A DNA stretch of 64,000 nucleotides from Macrostomum lignano (lineage: Eukaryota). The translations under genes were made by a program, and so were the position numbers. The notes beneath the pieces are model-generated. The model had not been told where the DNA came from, did not search any database, and was given only the letters and a program-made list of their open reading frames with translations. Every line of letters begins with the position of its first letter. The first letter of the stretch is position 1. Below are positions 33,801 to 47,300 of the stretch, one piece after another. The stretch covers positions 248,001 through 312,000 of the forward strand of contig NIVC01001182.1 of assembly GCA_002269645.1 (NCBI GenBank), written 5' to 3'.

Positions 33801-36800
33801 TATAGATGAATGCACATCTGCTTAATCTGTCAGTCAAACTGTGGCAAGTGTTACTAGTCGCTACTTCATTCACTCACTCACTCGGCTCCCTCATTCACTC
33901 ACTCGCTCCCTCATTCACTCACTCGCTCCCTCATTCACTCACTAACTCGCTCCCTCCCTCACTCACTAACTCGCTCCCTCACTCACTCACTAACTCGCTC
34001 CCTCACTCACTCACTAACTCGCTCCCTCATTCATTCATTCACTCACTCACTCCCTCATTCACTCACTCGCTGCCTCATTCACTCACTCAGTGACTTAGTG
34101 GCTCACTCACCAGACCAGCAAGGCCCCGCACTCACCTGGCACCACTCCAAGCGACCAGAGTTCTCAGTCTCTCGCACGCTCTCATTGACAGTCTGGCACA
34201 GCTTCTTAGCCTCATCCAGAGCCTCCTGCAGACTGCCCCTGTCCGGATGCGACTCGGGCGTAGCTTTGAGCAGCTTCTCAATCAGCAGCGGATAGCGAGT
34301 GATTCTTTGCATAGGCTTAACAAAATATTGAATTAAACCCATCAGCTTGCCGCTAGAGGTCTGCTGCTCGCAGTGGCGAACTAGTTGGGCGAGCTCGGGC
34401 ACGGAGTTAATCCGTTGAGTGAGCAGTTGAGTAGCCGCGCTCTGCCTGCCGCAGAATCTGACGTAGCAGGTGAGCTGGGGCAGGTGCTGCAGCATGATGT
34501 CACCGATGGCGTCTGTGCCGCCCTCTTTGCGTACCTGATCAAGTTTGCATAGTTTAGTAAAATGCTAGTCCGATAATCCATATAGAGACACGATAATCCA
34601 TATAGAGACACGATAGTCCATAAGGACACACGATAATCCATAAGGACACACGATAATCCATATAGACACACAATAATGCATCCAGACACACGATAATCCA
34701 TAAGGACACACGATAATCCATATAGACACACAATAATGCATCCAGACACACGATAATCCATACAGAAACACGATAATCCATACAGAAACACGATAATCCA
34801 TACAGACACACGATAATCTAAAAAAGGGTAATCCACACAGACACACGATAATCCATACAGACACATGATAATCCATACAGACACATGATAATCCATACAG
34901 ACACACGATAATTCACACAGACACACGATAATTCTAACAGACACACGATAATCCACACAGACACACGATAATCCATATAGACACGATAAACTATGCAGAC
35001 ACGATAACCCATATAGATTTCCCCATTAAAAAGCAACGCAACAACAAGCAGCCCACCTTCAAAGCCATGAGCAGACTGTAGGAGCAGTTCATCAGGTCGG
35101 TCCAATTCAGAAAGATGGCATCCAGTTGGTCCTGCGTCAGCAGACCAGATTCTAGCATTGGCTCGTGAAATTTATTCCAAACCTCTAACAGATCGTTGTA
35201 ATAGGTATTCTCGCTGTTAGTCAACTCGTTGACCACCATCTGGCGATTTGGCTCCTGCTGAGGCAGCGGTTCAACGTAATTTACAGGGAAGAGGCCTTCG
35301 CGTAGGCTAGCCGTCCTGCCCCTGTGCCAGTCTGGCTCGTCTTTGGAGATCACCTGGGCAAGACAGGTAGGATTGGATCAAATGAATAGCTTATTTACTT
35401 GTTGCTAAGGCTTGGTTGCTAGGGGCAATGCGGCCGTTTTTCTGGGACTTTCTCTAATTTTAGTATACTTCCTGTCAGCTCCAACTCCTAATCTCTCCCT
35501 TGTCTATCTACCCAATCTCTCCCTTGTCTATCTACCTAATCTCTCTCTTGTCTGTCTACCTAATCTCTTCCTTGTCTGTCTACCCGCAATCTCTTCCTTG
35601 TCTATCTACCCAATCTCTCCCTTGTCTATCTACCTAATCTCTCCCTTGTCTGTCTACCCAATCTCTCCCTTGTCTATCTACCCAATCTCTCCCTTGTCTA
35701 TCTACCTAATCTCTCCCTTGTCTGTCTACCCAATCTCTCCCTTGTCTATCTACCCAATCTCTCCCTTGTCTATCTACCCAATCTCTCCCTTGTCTATCTA
35801 CCCAATCTCTCCCTTGTCTATCTACCCAATCTCTCCCTTGTCTGTCTACCCAATCTCTCCCTTGTCTATCTACCCAATCTCTCCCTTGTCTATCTACCCA
35901 ATCTCTCCCTTGTCTATCTACCTAATCTCTCCCTTGTCTATCTACCAAATCTCTCCCTTGTCTATCTACCCAATCTCTCCCTTGTCTATCTACCCAATCT
36001 CTCCCTTGTCTATCTACCCAATCTCTCCCTTGTCTATCTACCCAATCTCTCCCTTGTCTGTCTACCCAATCTCTCCCTTGTCTATCTACCCAATCTCTCC
36101 CTTGTCTATCTACCCAATCTCTCCCTTGTCTATCTACCTAATCTCTCCCTTGTCTGTCTACCCAATCTCTCCCTTGTCTATCTACCCAATCTCTCCCTTG
36201 TCTATCTACCTAATCTCTCCCTTGTCTGTCTACCCAATCTCTCCCTTGTCTATCTACCTAATCTCTTCCTTGTCTGTCTACCCAATCTCTACCTTGTCTA
36301 TCTACCCAATCTCTCCCTTGTCTATCTACCTAATCTCTCCCTTGTCTGTCTACCCAATCTCTCCCTTGTCTATCTACCTAATCTCTCCCTTGTCTGTCTA
36401 CCCAATCTCTCCCTTGTCTGTCTACCCAATCTCTCCCTTGTCTATCTACCTAATCTCTCCCTTGTCTATCTACCTAATCTCTTCCTTGTCTGTCTACCCA
36501 ATCTCTTCCTTGTCTATCTACCTAATCTCTTCCTTGTCTATCTACCTAATCTCTCCCTTGTCTATCTACCAAATCTCTCCCTTGTCTACAAAATTTCTCC
36601 CCTTAAGAAAAAAATCAGACATGCGATGTCATGGAATTTTCGCGCCGGTAAGAATCAGAAGTCAGCGAAAAAACAATTGTGACGTAATGAAATTTCTGCG
36701 AAAATTTTGTATTGATAAGGAAAAAGTACTGCAGATTAACAGAAATCGTTATTGCTTATTTACGTAAATTGAAAGCAAATTTTAAATATAAAAAACTTGA

Positions 36801-39800
36801 TGCTATGAAATGAAATTCTAAAAACATAACGCTATCTATCATGCACACAACTTGCACTATTGTTGACATTAGGGTGAAAACATAATGAAGAAAGTAAAAA
36901 CGTCGAAATTATAAAAATCCTTTGATCAATATCCTAATCTACGCGACTACTATCAAAAAAGCCCTACTAAAAGTAATTAAAAGTCTAACACAGCCAGCCA
37001 TTTAATCATGTTTAGAATCAGATGCACTAAACATACTACTGTTTGATTAATTTTGCTAAGCGAGTCAAATGAATCATATAAAATAATGGTATGTACAAGT
37101 AAGATAATTAATAAAAATACTCTAAAATTGATAATGACTTTAGCAAAAATTGGCTTTGGCTTGGCAGCTTAATATAGATAATTCATTTAGAATCCCGCTC
37201 TTATATATTATTACTCATTAGACAGTGTTACATATTGGCATAACCACACTGGAGGGTCAGGAAGGGTGGCATAACCACACTGGAGGGTCAGGAAGGGTGG
37301 CATAACCACACTGGAGGGTCAGGAAGGGTGGCATAACCCCACTGGAGAGTCTGGGAGAGTGGCATAACCCCACTGGAGAGTCTGGGAGAGTGGCATAACC
37401 CCACTGGAGAGTCTGGGAGAGTGGCATAACCCCACTGGAGAGTCTGGGAGAGTGGCATAACCCCACTGGAGAGTCTGGGAGAGTGGCATAACCCCACTGG
37501 AGAGTCTGGGAGGGTGGCATAACCCCACTGGAGAGTCTGGGAGGGTGGCATAACCCCACTGGAGAGTCTGGGAGAGTGGCATAACCCCACTGGAGAGTCT
37601 GGGAGGGTGGCATAACCCCACTGGAGAGTCTAGGAGGGTGGCATAACCCCACTGGAGAGTCTGGGAGAGTGGCATAACCCCACTGGAGAGTCTGGGAGGG
37701 TGGCATAACCCCACTGGAGAGTCTAGGAGGGTGGCATAACCCCACTGGAGAGTCTGGGAGAGTGGCATAACCCCACTGGAGAGTCTGGGAGGGTGGCATA
37801 ACCCCACTGGAGAGTCTGGGAGGGTGGCATAACCACACTAGAGAGTCTGGGAGGGTGGCATAACCCCACTGGAGAGTCTGGGAGAGTGGCATAACCCCAC
37901 TGGAGGGTCAGGAAGGGTGGCATAGCCCCACTGAAGAGTCTGGGAGAGTGGCATAACCCCACTGGAGGGTCTGGGAGGGTGGCATAACCCCACTGGAGAG
38001 TCTGGGAGGGTGGCATAACCCCACTGGAGAGTCTGGGAGGGTGACGTAACCCCACTGTAGAGTCTGGGAGGGTGGCATAACCACACTGGATGGTCAGGAA
38101 GGGTGCCATAACCCCACTGGAGAGTCTGGGAGGGTGACATAACCCCACTGGAGAGTCTGGGAGGGTGGCATAACCCCATTGGAGAGTCTGGGAGGGTGGC
38201 ATAACCCCACTGGAGAGTCTGGGAGGGTGGCATAACGCCACTGGAGAGTCTGGGAGGGTGGCATAACCCCACTGGAGAGTCTGAGAGAGTGGCATAACCC
38301 CACTGGAGAGTCTGGGAGGGTGGCATAACGCCACTGGAGAGTCTGGGAGGGTGGCATAACGCCACTGGAGAGTCTGGGAGGGTGGCATAACCCCACTGGA
38401 GAGTCTGAGAGAGTGGCATAACCCCATTGGAGAGTCTGGGAGGGTGGCATAACCCCACTGGAGAGTCTGGGAGGGTGGCATAACCCCACTGGAGAGTCTG
38501 GGAGGGTGGCATAACCCCATTGGAGAGTCTGGTAGGGTGGCATAACCCCACTGGAGAGTCTGGGAGGGTGGCATAACCCCACTGGAGAGTCTGGGAGGGT
38601 GGCATAACCCCACTGGAGGGTCTGGGAGGGTGGCGCTAAATAATTTAAAATCGTCAATAAAATGAAGCATATTTGAAGATATGAATATCTATAAACATTT
38701 ATTAGAATGATACTCTATCCTGCGTTGTATTTTTGTGCCTATTAAAGTATCAGTTTTCATAAAGTAGTGATATTATAAATATATTTAACTAAATAATGTT
38801 ATCGTCGAATATATAAATTGAATATGATTTAAAAAGCACCCTATTTGATTATTATAATTCTAAGAGAGTGAATGAATAATTAAAATCAATCAAAATTGTC
38901 ATTGAAATATAAATTAATCGAATGTTTTAACAATCAAAAGATATGATTTGTAGCTTTTAATATATAGAGAATTAATTAATCCTTCTCATGATCATTCCCC
39001 TGCAAATGAGTGGGGGATACAGTTCTAGGATAAAATATACACATTTCATCTGCCAAGGTACAGTTGAATTTGATTTTATACAGTTTACTAAAATCAACTA
39101 TAAAAAGTACATCCTGCAGTATATTAGCAGCTAGGATAATAAAATTGAAATTATGAAATTTTAAACTGGCTGTGGCTCGACCATAAATCAATAATAGGTG
39201 CCAATGTTGAAACTTGAAAAATGTCACTCCAAATTAATTCTCCACTCTGTATACTTCTATAACTCCAAAAATTTCACTCCCATAATGTCACTCTGAAAAT
39301 GGCACCCCCATAATGTCACACTAGAACTGGCATTCCTATAATGTCACTCTGGAAATGGCACTCCCATAATGTCACTCTGGAAATGGCACTCCTATAATGT
39401 CACTCTGAAAATGGCACTCCCATGTCACTCCTATAATGTCACTCCCATAATGTCACTCTGGAAATGGCACTCCTATAATGTCACTCTGAAAATGGCACTC
39501 CCATAGTGTCACTCTAGAAATGACACTCCCATAATGTCACTCTAAAAATGGCACTTCAATAATGTCACTCTGGAAATGACACTCTCATAATGTCACTCTG
39601 GAAATGGCACTCCCATAATGTCACTCTGAAAATGTCAATTCCAGAATGTCACTCTAAAAAAATATAATTATACAGCACTCTGAAAATGATCTTAGTCTTG
39701 CAATGAATTGTCACTCTAAATGTCTAAATCTCACTCCGAAAACGTCGCACCTTTATGGCCTAGCATATTTTTGATGAACTCAATCAACATAGGCAAAATC

Positions 39801-40831
39801 TACATAAACATGGATTATAAGATTGAAGCATAATAAAGTGGGATTAATAAAGAACACAACACGTAAACAAACAGTGGATTTGCAAAACAATAATTAGCCT
39901 TACAAACTACTCACCGTGATAATCGTTCCTTTTTCAAACGTCAACTCGTCGTCATTTCGAGCCTGATAGCGATACTTAGCAACCACTCGTTCAACGCTAG
40001 ACGATGGAGCTTTGTTATAACTAGACGATAGAGCGTCATCGCTGGTTGCCATTGACAACGCCGCCGTGGGCTGCTGCTGAGCGGACATGGAGCCTGCTAA
40101 TGTAGGCGTAGCGGCTTTCTTACCAGCCGAGGCGAACAGGTCCGGGGTGGAGGCGGACACGGAGGCGACTCCAGCGGTATGAACTGAGGATTTCTTTAAC
40201 CGATCCTGGGGAGCAGCTGAGGCCACGGGCGCGGCGCTGGTAGGCATGGACTGATTGGAGGTGACGCTCTGTCTGGATGCCGGCCGCTGGTCGTTAGCAA
40301 CCGAGGGTTGTTCCAATTTAGTATAGGAAGCTGGGAACCAGCCGATTCGTTTGACGCCATTCTCAACGACTTCGCCGTTCCACCAGCCGCTGGCCGGCTT
40401 CTTTTTAACTACGATTCGCATGCCGACTCGGAGCGACAGCTGGCCCTCGCCGCCGGCTTCGAATGGGGCGGTTGCTATGGCGATTTCTTGCTGCTGCTGA
40501 GGCTGTTGCTGAGGCTGTTGCTGAGGCTGCTGATCGAATACGGAGCTGGGCGCCGAGTCAAAGGTGGAGGCGGCGTCGGCGAACGGATCCGCTGCGGCGC
40601 TGGTCGCCGACGCGTCGCCGAACGGGTCAGATGTGGCGGCTGGGGCGCCTAAAATATTGATGATATAAGAATAAGCCAGTATAAGAATTTTGTGCGACAG
40701 GAAATAAAAGCAGTATAGGGGAGGGAGGTCCAGGTTTTTCCAGACACACAGAGACAGACAGACAGACAGACAGGCAGGCAGACAGACAGACAGACAGGCA
40801 GACAGACGGGCAGGCAGACAGACAGACAGGC

Positions 40832-40868
<37 letters not shown>

Positions 40869-40873
40869 GGCAC

Positions 40874-40912
<39 letters not shown>

Positions 40913-40914
40913 GG

Positions 40915-40952
<38 letters not shown>

Positions 40953-40985
40953 CACAGACAGACAGACAGACAGACAGACAGGCAC

Positions 40986-41056
<71 letters not shown>

Positions 41057-41179
41057 GGCAGACAGACAGACAGGCAGACAGACAGACAGGCACACAGACA
41101 GACAGGCAGACAGACAGACAGGCACACAGACAGACAGGCAGACAGACAGACAGGCAGACAGACAGACAGACAGGCAGGC

Positions 41180-41220
<41 letters not shown>

Positions 41221-41253
41221 CACAGACAGACAGACAGACAGACAGACAGGCAC

Positions 41254-41304
<51 letters not shown>

Positions 41305-41323
41305 GGCACACAGACAGACAGGC

Positions 41324-41368
<45 letters not shown>

Positions 41369-44300
41369 GGCACACAGACAGACAGGCAGACAGACAGAGG
41401 CACACAGACGACACAAGCCACAAGCATCTCTAGCACGCACCGGAAGCAGCCGAGCCAGCCCTCTCGGTGACAAAGTTAGCGGGGAAAATGCCCCTCTGCG
41501 CCGGGTCCCTTCGCAGGTAGCCCTCCCACCAGTCGCCAAGGCCGTCGCTAATCACAACAATTTCTTCTGCTACGCCGAAATTCAAGTCGCCAGGCGTGCC
41601 GCTGTCGAACTGGTAGAGCGACACAACAATTCTCTGTTGCTGGGCGGTTGCCGAGGCAGGAGGAGCCACTACCGGCACGTTGACATAGTCGCTACTCTGC
41701 TGCTCGGTGGTGACGCAACCAGACGGGAACCAGCCCTCCGAGCTGTCAGTCATTGAACGGCCAAACAGCCAGTTGTCCTTGCGCATGCTGACGCTCACCT
41801 CGCAGCCGATGGTCAGACTCAGCTCGGACGGGCTGGCCGCCTGATGCTCGGCCATGGCAACCGCCGTGTATGGCGCCGACAGTTTGGTCACCTTAGAGAA
41901 GGCGCTCGCTGTTTCGTCGTGTCCACCGGGTGGAAACGACGCTGGAACTGGGGGAGCGTCGTTGGGCAGCTTGTCGTAGGGCTCGGCCGCTGCTGCTGCT
42001 TCGGCGGCGACCGCCTCGGCCGTGCCTTCTTCGGCGACGTAGTTGCGAGGCACCAGGCCGGCGCGGTCGGAACCGCATCTGTGGACACGGAGAAATTTTC
42101 ATTAGGATAGTGTCTGCTTAACGAATTCTGGGTACTTGTGTCTGTTAAGTACCTACGTGTGTATCTGAGTACCTAAGTGTCTATCTGAGTAGCTAAGTGT
42201 CTATCTGAGTACCTAAGTGTCTATATGAGTACCTACGTGTCTATCTGAGTACCTAAGTGTCTATATGAGTACCTAAGTGTCTATATGAGTACCTACGTGT
42301 CTATCTGAGTACCTACGTGTCTATCTGAGTACCTAAAGTGTCTATCTGAGTACCTACGTGTCTATCTGAGTACCTAAGTGTCTATCTGAGTACCTAAGTG
42401 TCTATCTGAGTACCTAAGTGTCTATTTGAATGCCTTAGTGTCTATATGAGTACCTAAGTGTCTATATGAGTACCTAAGTGTCTAATAGAGTACCTAAGTG
42501 TCTATATGAGTACCTAAGTGTCTATCTGAGTATTCTATTTGAGTACCCAAGTATCGATTTGAGTATCTAAGCATCTGTGTTAAATACCTAAGTGTCTATA
42601 TGAGTACTTAAGTGTCTATCTGAGTACCTAAGCGTTTATTTGAATACTTAAGTGTCTATCTGAGTACCTAAGTGTCTATTTGAATGCCTAAGTGTCTATA
42701 TGAGTACCTAAGTGTCTATATGAGTACCTAAGTGTCTAATAGAGTACCTAAGTGTCTATATGAGTACCTAAGTGTCTATCTGAGTATTCTATTTGAGTAC
42801 CCAAGTATCGATTTGAGTATCTAAGCATCTGTGTTAAATACCTAAGTGTCTATATGAGTACTTAAGTGTCTATCTGAGTACCTAAGCGTTTATTTGAATA
42901 CTTAAGTGTCTATCTGAGTACCTAAGTGTCTATCTGAGTACCTAAGCGTTTATTTGAATACTTAAGTGTCTATCTGAGTACCTAAGTGTCTATCTGAGTA
43001 CCTAAGCGTTTATTTGAATACTTAAGTGTATATCTGAGTTACCTAAGTGTCTATCTGAGTATTCTATTTGAGTACCCAAGTATCGATTTGAGTATCTAAG
43101 CATCTGTGGTATAAATACCTAATTGTCTATTTGAGTACCTAAACATACAATAGAGTACAATTAGCTCAAATTACCTAGCAAACAACCAACTCGCTTCCAC
43201 CCCAGTCTGCTCAGCAGCGCTAGCAATAATCAACTCGCCAACTTGAATGGACATCTCGTCGTGCCGGCTGCCAGTGAAATCGTACAGAGCTCGATAACTC
43301 GTTCGAATATCGTCATAAACAGGCTCCGAGGCCGCCGCCGCAGGCGCTTGTTTCAATCCACCGAAAGCGGCTTGAAACGCTTCCCAATTTTTCCTGTCCT
43401 GACTGGACTTCTCCGCCTCAATTTCATCTTCAAAGCTTCTATGGCCCGAAACGGCGTTGCCAGCTGTTGATATCGGCTTCTTTTGCTGCGGCTGTTGCTG
43501 CTGCGAGAACATATCGCCAAGATTGTTGCTATCGGTCGGGCCAGTGGAGGTCCAGTCTGAGTCGGCCCAGCCGAATCCATTCTCAGAAGCGGCTGTAGCA
43601 GCGGCCTCTTCGCCGCCGCCTCCTCCAGTTGTCGCCGTCGGTGGCCAGGGCGACGTCGATGAAGGCGCAAAGAAGTCGTCGCTATCGCCGAACAGATTGG
43701 CTCCGAAATCTGGCTGCTTTGGCTTGGCATTTTCCACTGTTGGCTGCTTCTGCGTCTGCTTTTGCTGCTTCTGTTGCTCTTGTAGTATTCGCGATTTCAC
43801 TTTGGAAATTTCTGCACGAATTTTGTCCGCCTCGGTTCGACTGCGGACTATGCGGTTTCTGGTGTTGGCCAGCTCTTCGCCTCGCTTGGTGAGGGCTCGC
43901 TCAGCTTCTGTTGATCTGCATCAGAAGGGGATTTAAATATTTAAAATTGAATATGTAGTAATTCAATCTGTGTAGCAATCTGCAATACAATCTGTGTAGC
44001 AATCTGCAATCTAATCTGTGTAGCAATCTGCAATCTAATCTGTGTAGCAATCTGCAATCTAATCTGTGTAGCAATCTGCAATCTAATCTGTGTAGCAATC
44101 TGCAATCTAATCTGTGTAGCAATCTGCAATCTAATCTGTGTAGCAATCTGCAATCTAATCTGTGTAGTAATCTGCAATCTAATCTGTGTAGCAATCTGCA
44201 ATCTAATCTGTGTAGTAATCTGTAATCTAATCTGTGTAGCAATCTGCAATCTAATCTGTGTAGCAATCTGTAATCTAATCTGTGCAGTAATCTGCAATCT

Positions 44301-47300
44301 AATCTGTGCAGTAATCTGCAATCTAATCTGTGTAGTAATCTGTAATCTAATCTGTGTAGCAATCTGCAATCTAATCTGTGTAGTAATCTGTAATCTAATC
44401 TGTGTAGCAATCTGCAATCTAATCTGTGTAGCAATCTGTAATCTAATCTGTGCAGTAATCTGCAATCTAATCTGTGTAGCAATCTGTAATCTAATCTGCA
44501 ATCTAATCTGTGTAGCAATCTGCAATCTAATCTGTGCAGCAATCTGCAATCTAATCTGTGCAGTAATCTGCAATCTAATCTGTGTAGCAATCTGCAATCT
44601 AATCTGTAGTAATGTTTAATTAGATAATATAATCTAATATGATAACCATGTAATCTGGAAGCAATACGTAATTGAATCTTTTGTAATCTGTTATATAATT
44701 TTAGTGTGTACTTTTAACCTAATAACTAATATGTAGCAATATACAATTCAACTCTGTAATTACTTGGCTTTAGCCTCAGCAACGTCCTTCTTCTTAGTGG
44801 AAATATTAGATTCCAGCGTTTTCCTATGCTCTTCCAGGGGATCGCTCTGCAGCAGCTTCAGCGACAGTTCCTCTTTAGCACGCTGGATTGCTTCAACAGC
44901 TGAACGCTTCTTCTCAAGATCAACCTGGAAGGAAGGGTCATAAAAAATATATTCCAGTCAAAAAACTGGATCACTTGTTAAATGAGTCATAGGTGATGAC
45001 TCATAATGAACCACTTATAAATGACCCACTTTAAGCTGCTCATAAATATACGAGGCTGGACAGAGCCAGATTCATAAAAACAGTTCTAAACCACATTTCA
45101 AGTCACTCATTAAGAGGGCTCATAATAGATGATTTAATAATTAATTAGAGGCATCATAAGAAATGACTCAATGAGTCATAAGAGATGACTCATAAATGAC
45201 TCACTTTTGAGTCGCTCATTCAGAGTCGCAATGACACAGTTACGCACCTGCTTAGCGCTAATATCAGCTAAAAGCTGATCTCGCTTAACTCGCATAGCCT
45301 CAATCTCAGCCTTGTGCTGCTCAATTTCGCCTCGATGCTTCTCAGCCCGCTGCTGGCATTCCCGACCCTTCTCAGTGAGATTCTCCAACTCCTGACGAAA
45401 GTTGGCCTCCCGCTGCTCAGCCTGAGCTAGGAGGTCCTGCTCCTGGGCCAGCTTCTGATTGGCTGCCGCGGCTCGCTGCTGCTCAACAGCTTCTAGCCTG
45501 GCCCGCTCGGACTCCAGCCGGGCCCGTTCGCGCTCTTCGGCGGCTTTCCGGCGGGCCGCTTCGCGCTCGGCTTCCAGGGCGCGCTGGGCCTCGCGCTGGC
45601 GCTCCAGCTCCTGCTGGCGGGCGCGCTCTTTTGCTAGGCGGGCTTGCTCTTGCTTCTCCTGTGGCCAAGATAAAAAAGAACAATTAACTGCCGGTTTATT
45701 GGTAAGATTTGAAGGGCTTGCTTTTGCTATGAGACCGAACGTGACCCTTCCTCGCCTTATGTGACCATTTCTGACCTTGTGTCCCCATGTGACCTTTCTG
45801 ACCTTATGTGACCTTATGTGACCTTTTGTGACCTTTTGTGACTTTATGTGACCCTTTCTGACCTTATGTGATCCTTTCTTACCCTATGTAATCCTTTCTG
45901 ACCTTATGTGACCCTTTCTGACCTTATGTGACCCTTTCTGACTTTACGTGACCCTTTCTGACCCAATGTGACCCTTTCTGACCTTATGTGACCCTTTCTG
46001 ACCTTATGTGACCCTTTCTGACTTTACGTGACCCTTTCTGACCCAATGTGACCCTTTCTGACCTTATGTGACCCTTTCTGACCCAATGCGACCTTTCTGA
46101 CCTTATGTGACCCTTTCTGACCTGATGTGACCCTTTCCTGACCCTATGTGATCCTTTCTGACTTTATGTGATCCTTTCCTGACCCTATTTGAACCTTTCT
46201 GACTTTATGTGATCCTTTCCTGACCCTATTTGAACCTTTCTGACCTTATGTGATCCTTTCCTGACCCCATGTGACTGTTTCTGACCCTATGTGACCCTAT
46301 GTGACTCTATGCGTTCCTTTCTGACCCAATCTTATCTGATCCTTTCTGACCTAATTTGACAATACTTCAATGTCTCTTCTGACTGCAAAACTGTCTCAAC
46401 TTAACTACTATTGTATATTACGAGAACAAGGTAGAAAAGCGCCGCGAATCTTCATAAAACAGACCTGCTCAGCCCGCTCCTTAGCCAGTCGGGCCTCCTC
46501 CATCGCTCGCATCTGTTCCTGCAGCGCCTCGCGCCGTTTCTCCAATTCAGCTTGGCCTCGACGGAAATTTTCCAATCGTTTCTCTTCCAGAGTGCTGGAC
46601 TGTTTGAACACGTCGGCAACTCCGCCGCCGCCGCCGCTGTCCTGGGAGATTCGACGCTGAGGCGGCGGTTCGACTGCTGCCGCGGAAGCTGGACGAGCCG
46701 GTTGATGAAACTGCTGTTGATGTTGTGGCTGCTGTTGCTGGTATTGCTGCTGCTGCCGGAAGCTTGGCGGAAGCATATCGGATGGAAGTGTAGACGGCAG
46801 AGGCCTGTTGGCTAAGCACTGATCGACAAAGTACATGGCAAGGACAAACTCGTCGGGTCCGAGACGGCCGTCACGATCGATGTCGGCCAGGCCCCAGATC
46901 TGCGGGGATTGGGGGTGTTAGATGAGGAAGGTGTTAGACAGGCCAAAAGGTCAGAGACAGGGAGCTAGAGGCCAAAAGTTTAGAGACAGAGGGTGTTAGA
47001 CAGGCTGAATGGTTAGAGACAGTGTTAGACAGGCTAAATGGTTAGATACAGAGGGTGATAGACAGGCTGAACGGCCAAATAGAGGGCATTAGGCATTCCA
47101 ACTGGTTAGAGGGGGTGTTAGGCACACCAATTTGTTAGAGGGGTGTGAGGCACACCAATAATTAGTTAGAGGGGGGTGTTAGACACATCAACTGGTTGTT
47201 AGAGAGGGGGTATTATACATACCAACTGGTGAGATAGGGGGTGTTACACATACCAACTGGTTAGAGAGGGGGTGTTAGACATACCAACTGGTTAGAGAGG

